Assembly (NCBI GenBank): GCA_048571215.1
Contig: CP182352.1
Coordinates: forward strand, 1,600,001-1,664,000
Length of the DNA: 64,000 bases
Source: Halarcobacter sp.
GTDB lineage: Bacteria > Campylobacterota > Campylobacteria > Campylobacterales > Arcobacteraceae
Direction: 5' to 3'
The translations under genes and the position numbers were made by a program. Under the pieces are notes generated by a model. It had not been told where the DNA came from. It worked only from the letters and a program-made list of their open reading frames with translations, and did not search any database. Shown piece by piece: positions 61,745 to 64,000 of this stretch. Position 1 is the first letter of the stretch, and every line of letters begins with the position of its first letter.

Positions 61745-62284
61745 CTATTTTTTCTTAGGTCTAAAAGCTTTAATAACCTTTTCATTTGTAACCATAAAAG
61801 GTCCTTCCATAAGGTCAATACAATAAGGTATTGCAGGAAAAACTGCATCTAAACACTCTCTTATTGATTTTGGTTTTCCTGGAAGATTTACTATTAAAGA
61901 GCTAGCTCTAAGTCCAGCTGTTTGTCTTGATAAAATTGCAGTTGGTACAAACTTTAAAGATTCAGCACGCATTAGTTCACCAAATCCTGGCATCATTCTA
62001 TCACATACCGCTTCTGTTGCTTCTGGGGTTACATCTCTTGCTGCAGGTCCCGTTCCACCAGTAGTTACTACTAAACAACACCCTTGATTATCAACTAAAT
62101 CTTTTAGGGTATCTTCTATTGTTTGTTGATCATCTTCAATACATCTATATACACTTTCCCAAGGAGAAGTTAAATATTCATTCATAGTATCAATTATTGC
62201 TTTTCCTGACAAATCATCATATATACCTTGACTAGCTCTATCTGAGGCTGTTACTATTCCTATTTTTGCTATTTTTTCACTCAT
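61745..62284 (-). CDS. mog: Molybdopterin adenylyltransferase
   Basis: SDRAS, TTGGTG..RDVTPEA and NLPGKP. Confidence 0.95.
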   Translation of the reverse strand: MSEKIAKIGIVTASDRASQGIYDDLSGKAIIDTMNEYLTSPWESVYRCIEDDQQTIEDTLKDLVDNQGCCLVVTTGGTGPAARDVTPEATEAVCDRMMPGFGELMRAESLKFVPTAILSRQTAGLRASSLIVNLPGKPKSIRECLDAVFPAIPYCIDLMEGPFMVTNEKVIKAFRPKKK

Positions 62285-62793
62285 AATATATGTCCTTTCT
62301 CTTTTATATAATAAACTATTGCAAACTCTTTAAAAAAATCACTTGCCAAACTTGTATCAAATATCTTATCTTTTGCCCCAAAATAAACTTCAAGTTTAAT
62401 ACCTTTGTTTAATAACTCTTGCAATCTCTTTTTATCCCAAGTATAATTTAAAAGCTCTTCTAACTCTTCATAAGTACCTTGATTAAAATATTTTTTCATA
62501 TTTTTATTTGAAGGGTAAGTGATATTTTCCAAAAAATTCTCACAATAAGCTTTAGAATCTTTTTTAAAAAACATCAATTGCATTCTTTTAAATTTTTTAT
62601 CTGTAGTTTGGAAAAAAGCAGGAGAAAAAAGTTGCAAGGTATCAACTCTATTTGTTGTGTTTAAAGCATACTCAAAAGCTTTTATAGCACCATAAGAAAA
62701 GCCACAAACTGTGAAGTTATTATCTTCAATATACTCTTCAAACAGTTCTTTTTCTTTATCTAAACAAAAACCTGAAAAAAACTTAGATATCAT
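62281..62793 (-). CDS. bioV: Pimeloyl-ACP methyl ester esterase BioV
   Basis: FFSGF, GFSYGA, LQLFSPAFF and GHIL; next to the FtsH-like ATPase as in other Campylobacterota. Confidence 0.8.
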   Translation of the reverse strand: MISKFFSGFCLDKEKELFEEYIEDNNFTVCGFSYGAIKAFEYALNTTNRVDTLQLFSPAFFQTTDKKFKRMQLMFFKKDSKAYCENFLENITYPSNKNMKKYFNQGTYEELEELLNYTWDKKRLQELLNKGIKLEVYFGAKDKIFDTSLASDFFKEFAIVYYIKEKGHIL

Positions 62794-64000
62794 CTACTGT
62801 AATAACCTCATTTTTAATCATAATCTCTTTTAGTCGTCTTATCTCTGTATCTTTATTTGATAGATTAGTTCTAAGTTCATTTGATAGTTTTTCTATTAAT
62901 TCAGCAGAATCTTTTCCCATCTTATACTCTTGTACTATTTTATTTGCCAATTCATAGGCTTTATTTAAATCTTGGGAATTTATTGCATACTTTTGTTTTT
63001 TTACCACTTCAACGCCAATACTACCAGATAAATATCTTTTTATATTTTCTAAAAGTTCCTCATATGATGGATAAATACTATCAATCGTATTTACACCCTC
63101 ATCAAAAAGTCTAACTTTAGATTTTGTAACATAAGCTTTACTAGCTTGATATATAGATAAAATCTCTTTTTGGGAATCATCTAAAAGTAAAGCTTGTTTT
63201 TTCCCAAACTCTAACTTATTTTTAGCTAACTCAATATCTTCAAGCTTAACAAGCTTATCTTCTCTTTTTATCATATTTAACAAGGCTTCATTTATAAGTG
63301 TAGAAAGTGCCGCTGAACTAAAACCAGAAGTTTCATGAGCTAACTTATCTAAATCAAACTCATAGTGTTTTGATTTTAAATAAAGTTCTAAAATCTTTTT
63401 TCTATCTTCAATATTTGGAAGATTTATAAATACTCTTCTATCAAACCTACCAGCTCTTAATAAAGCTTCGTCTAAAACATCAATTTTATTTGTAGCAGCT
63501 ATTACGATAACTCCAGAATCACCTTCAAAACCATCCATTTGAGTTAGAAGTTCATTTAAAGTTGATTCCCTTTCATCATTTGATTTGCCACCTCTTTTTT
63601 TACCTATGGCATCTATCTCATCTATAAAAACAATAGCTGGAGCATTTTGTTTTGCTTTCATAAATAGTTCACGAACTTTTTTTGCCCCCATACCAACATA
63701 AATTTGAACAAAACTTGCACCACTTTGATAAAAAAATGGAACATCCGCTTCCCCTGCAACTGCTCTTGCTATTAGCGTTTTACCAACACCTGGAGGTCCT
63801 ACTAAAAGAACACCTTTTGGAAGTTTTACCCCATGTTGTAAAAATTTGCTTGGTTCATTTAAAAAGTCAACTATCTCTTCAAGTTCACTTTTTACTTCAC
63901 TAATACCTGCCACATCATCAAAGGTGATATTAGAACTAACAGCAGTTATATTTGATGTATTTTCATCTTTTATCTTCTCTTGTACAGTTTCAAGTTGTGT
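62783..64000 (-). CDS. FtsH-like AAA+ ATPase lacking HExxH (5' end outside the window)
   Basis: Frame open to the window edge (..ITFDDVAG); GPPGVGKT, FIDEID and LLRAGRFDR. Confidence 0.88.
   Translation of the reverse strand, partial: TQLETVQEKIKDENTSNITAVSSNITFDDVAGISEVKSELEEIVDFLNEPSKFLQHGVKLPKGVLLVGPPGVGKTLIARAVAGEADVPFFYQSGASFVQIYVGMGAKKVRELFMKAKQNAPAIVFIDEIDAIGKKRGGKSNDERESTLNELLTQMDGFEGDSGVIVIAATNKIDVLDEALLRAGRFDRRVFINLPNIEDRKKILELYLKSKHYEFDLDKLAHETSGFSSAALSTLINEALLNMIKREDKLVKLEDIELAKNKLEFGKKQALLLDDSQKEILSIYQASKAYVTKSKVRLFDEGVNTIDSIYPSYEELLENIKRYLSGSIGVEVVKKQKYAINSQDLNKAYELANKIVQEYKMGKDSAELIEKLSNELRTNLSNKDTEIRRLKEIMIKNEVITVDDI

Noticed and set aside
1315..63903. Many short ORFs on the opposite strand or alternative frames (e.g. 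1315-1593, 20930-21448, 45524-45973, 46286-46726, 53159-53611)
   Set aside because: They lie within well-supported genes, lack SD sequences and motifs, and look like antisense shadows of AT-rich coding DNA.

Overview
Very AT-rich chromosomal window from a Campylobacterota bacterium, most likely Arcobacteraceae (inferred from the dapE, mutS2, mog-bioV-FtsH-like block, the DUF748/DUF6858 proteins and the style of the MCP and histidine kinases). No rRNA, tRNA or CRISPR array was seen. The right ~13 kb (dapE to the FtsH-like ATPase) looks like core genome. The left ~51 kb is a patchwork of accessory modules: rhodanese + GGDEF-EAL; DUF2179 + N5-(carboxyethyl)ornithine synthase; alpha-2-macroglobulin + pbpC; an NYN-LOTUS nuclease; a solute-binding lipoprotein next to a PAS histidine kinase broken by one in-frame TAG; several TetR/AraC cassettes with visible operators; a cytochrome P460-family gene with a two-component system; a non-canonical sulfide dehydrogenase operon (FccB/SoxF + Tat Rieske protein + monoheme cytochrome); twin XRE regulators facing a catalytically dead pseudo-histidine kinase and an MCP; an intact IS256 inserted inside a start codon; and IS3 and ORF6N remnants. 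The best candidates for undescribed biology are the XRE/pseudo-kinase module, the FccB-Rieske-cytochrome operon, and a 70-bp repeat that copies the 3' end of an AraC gene as a promoter. All family assignments come from motif recognition by eye; no searches were run.
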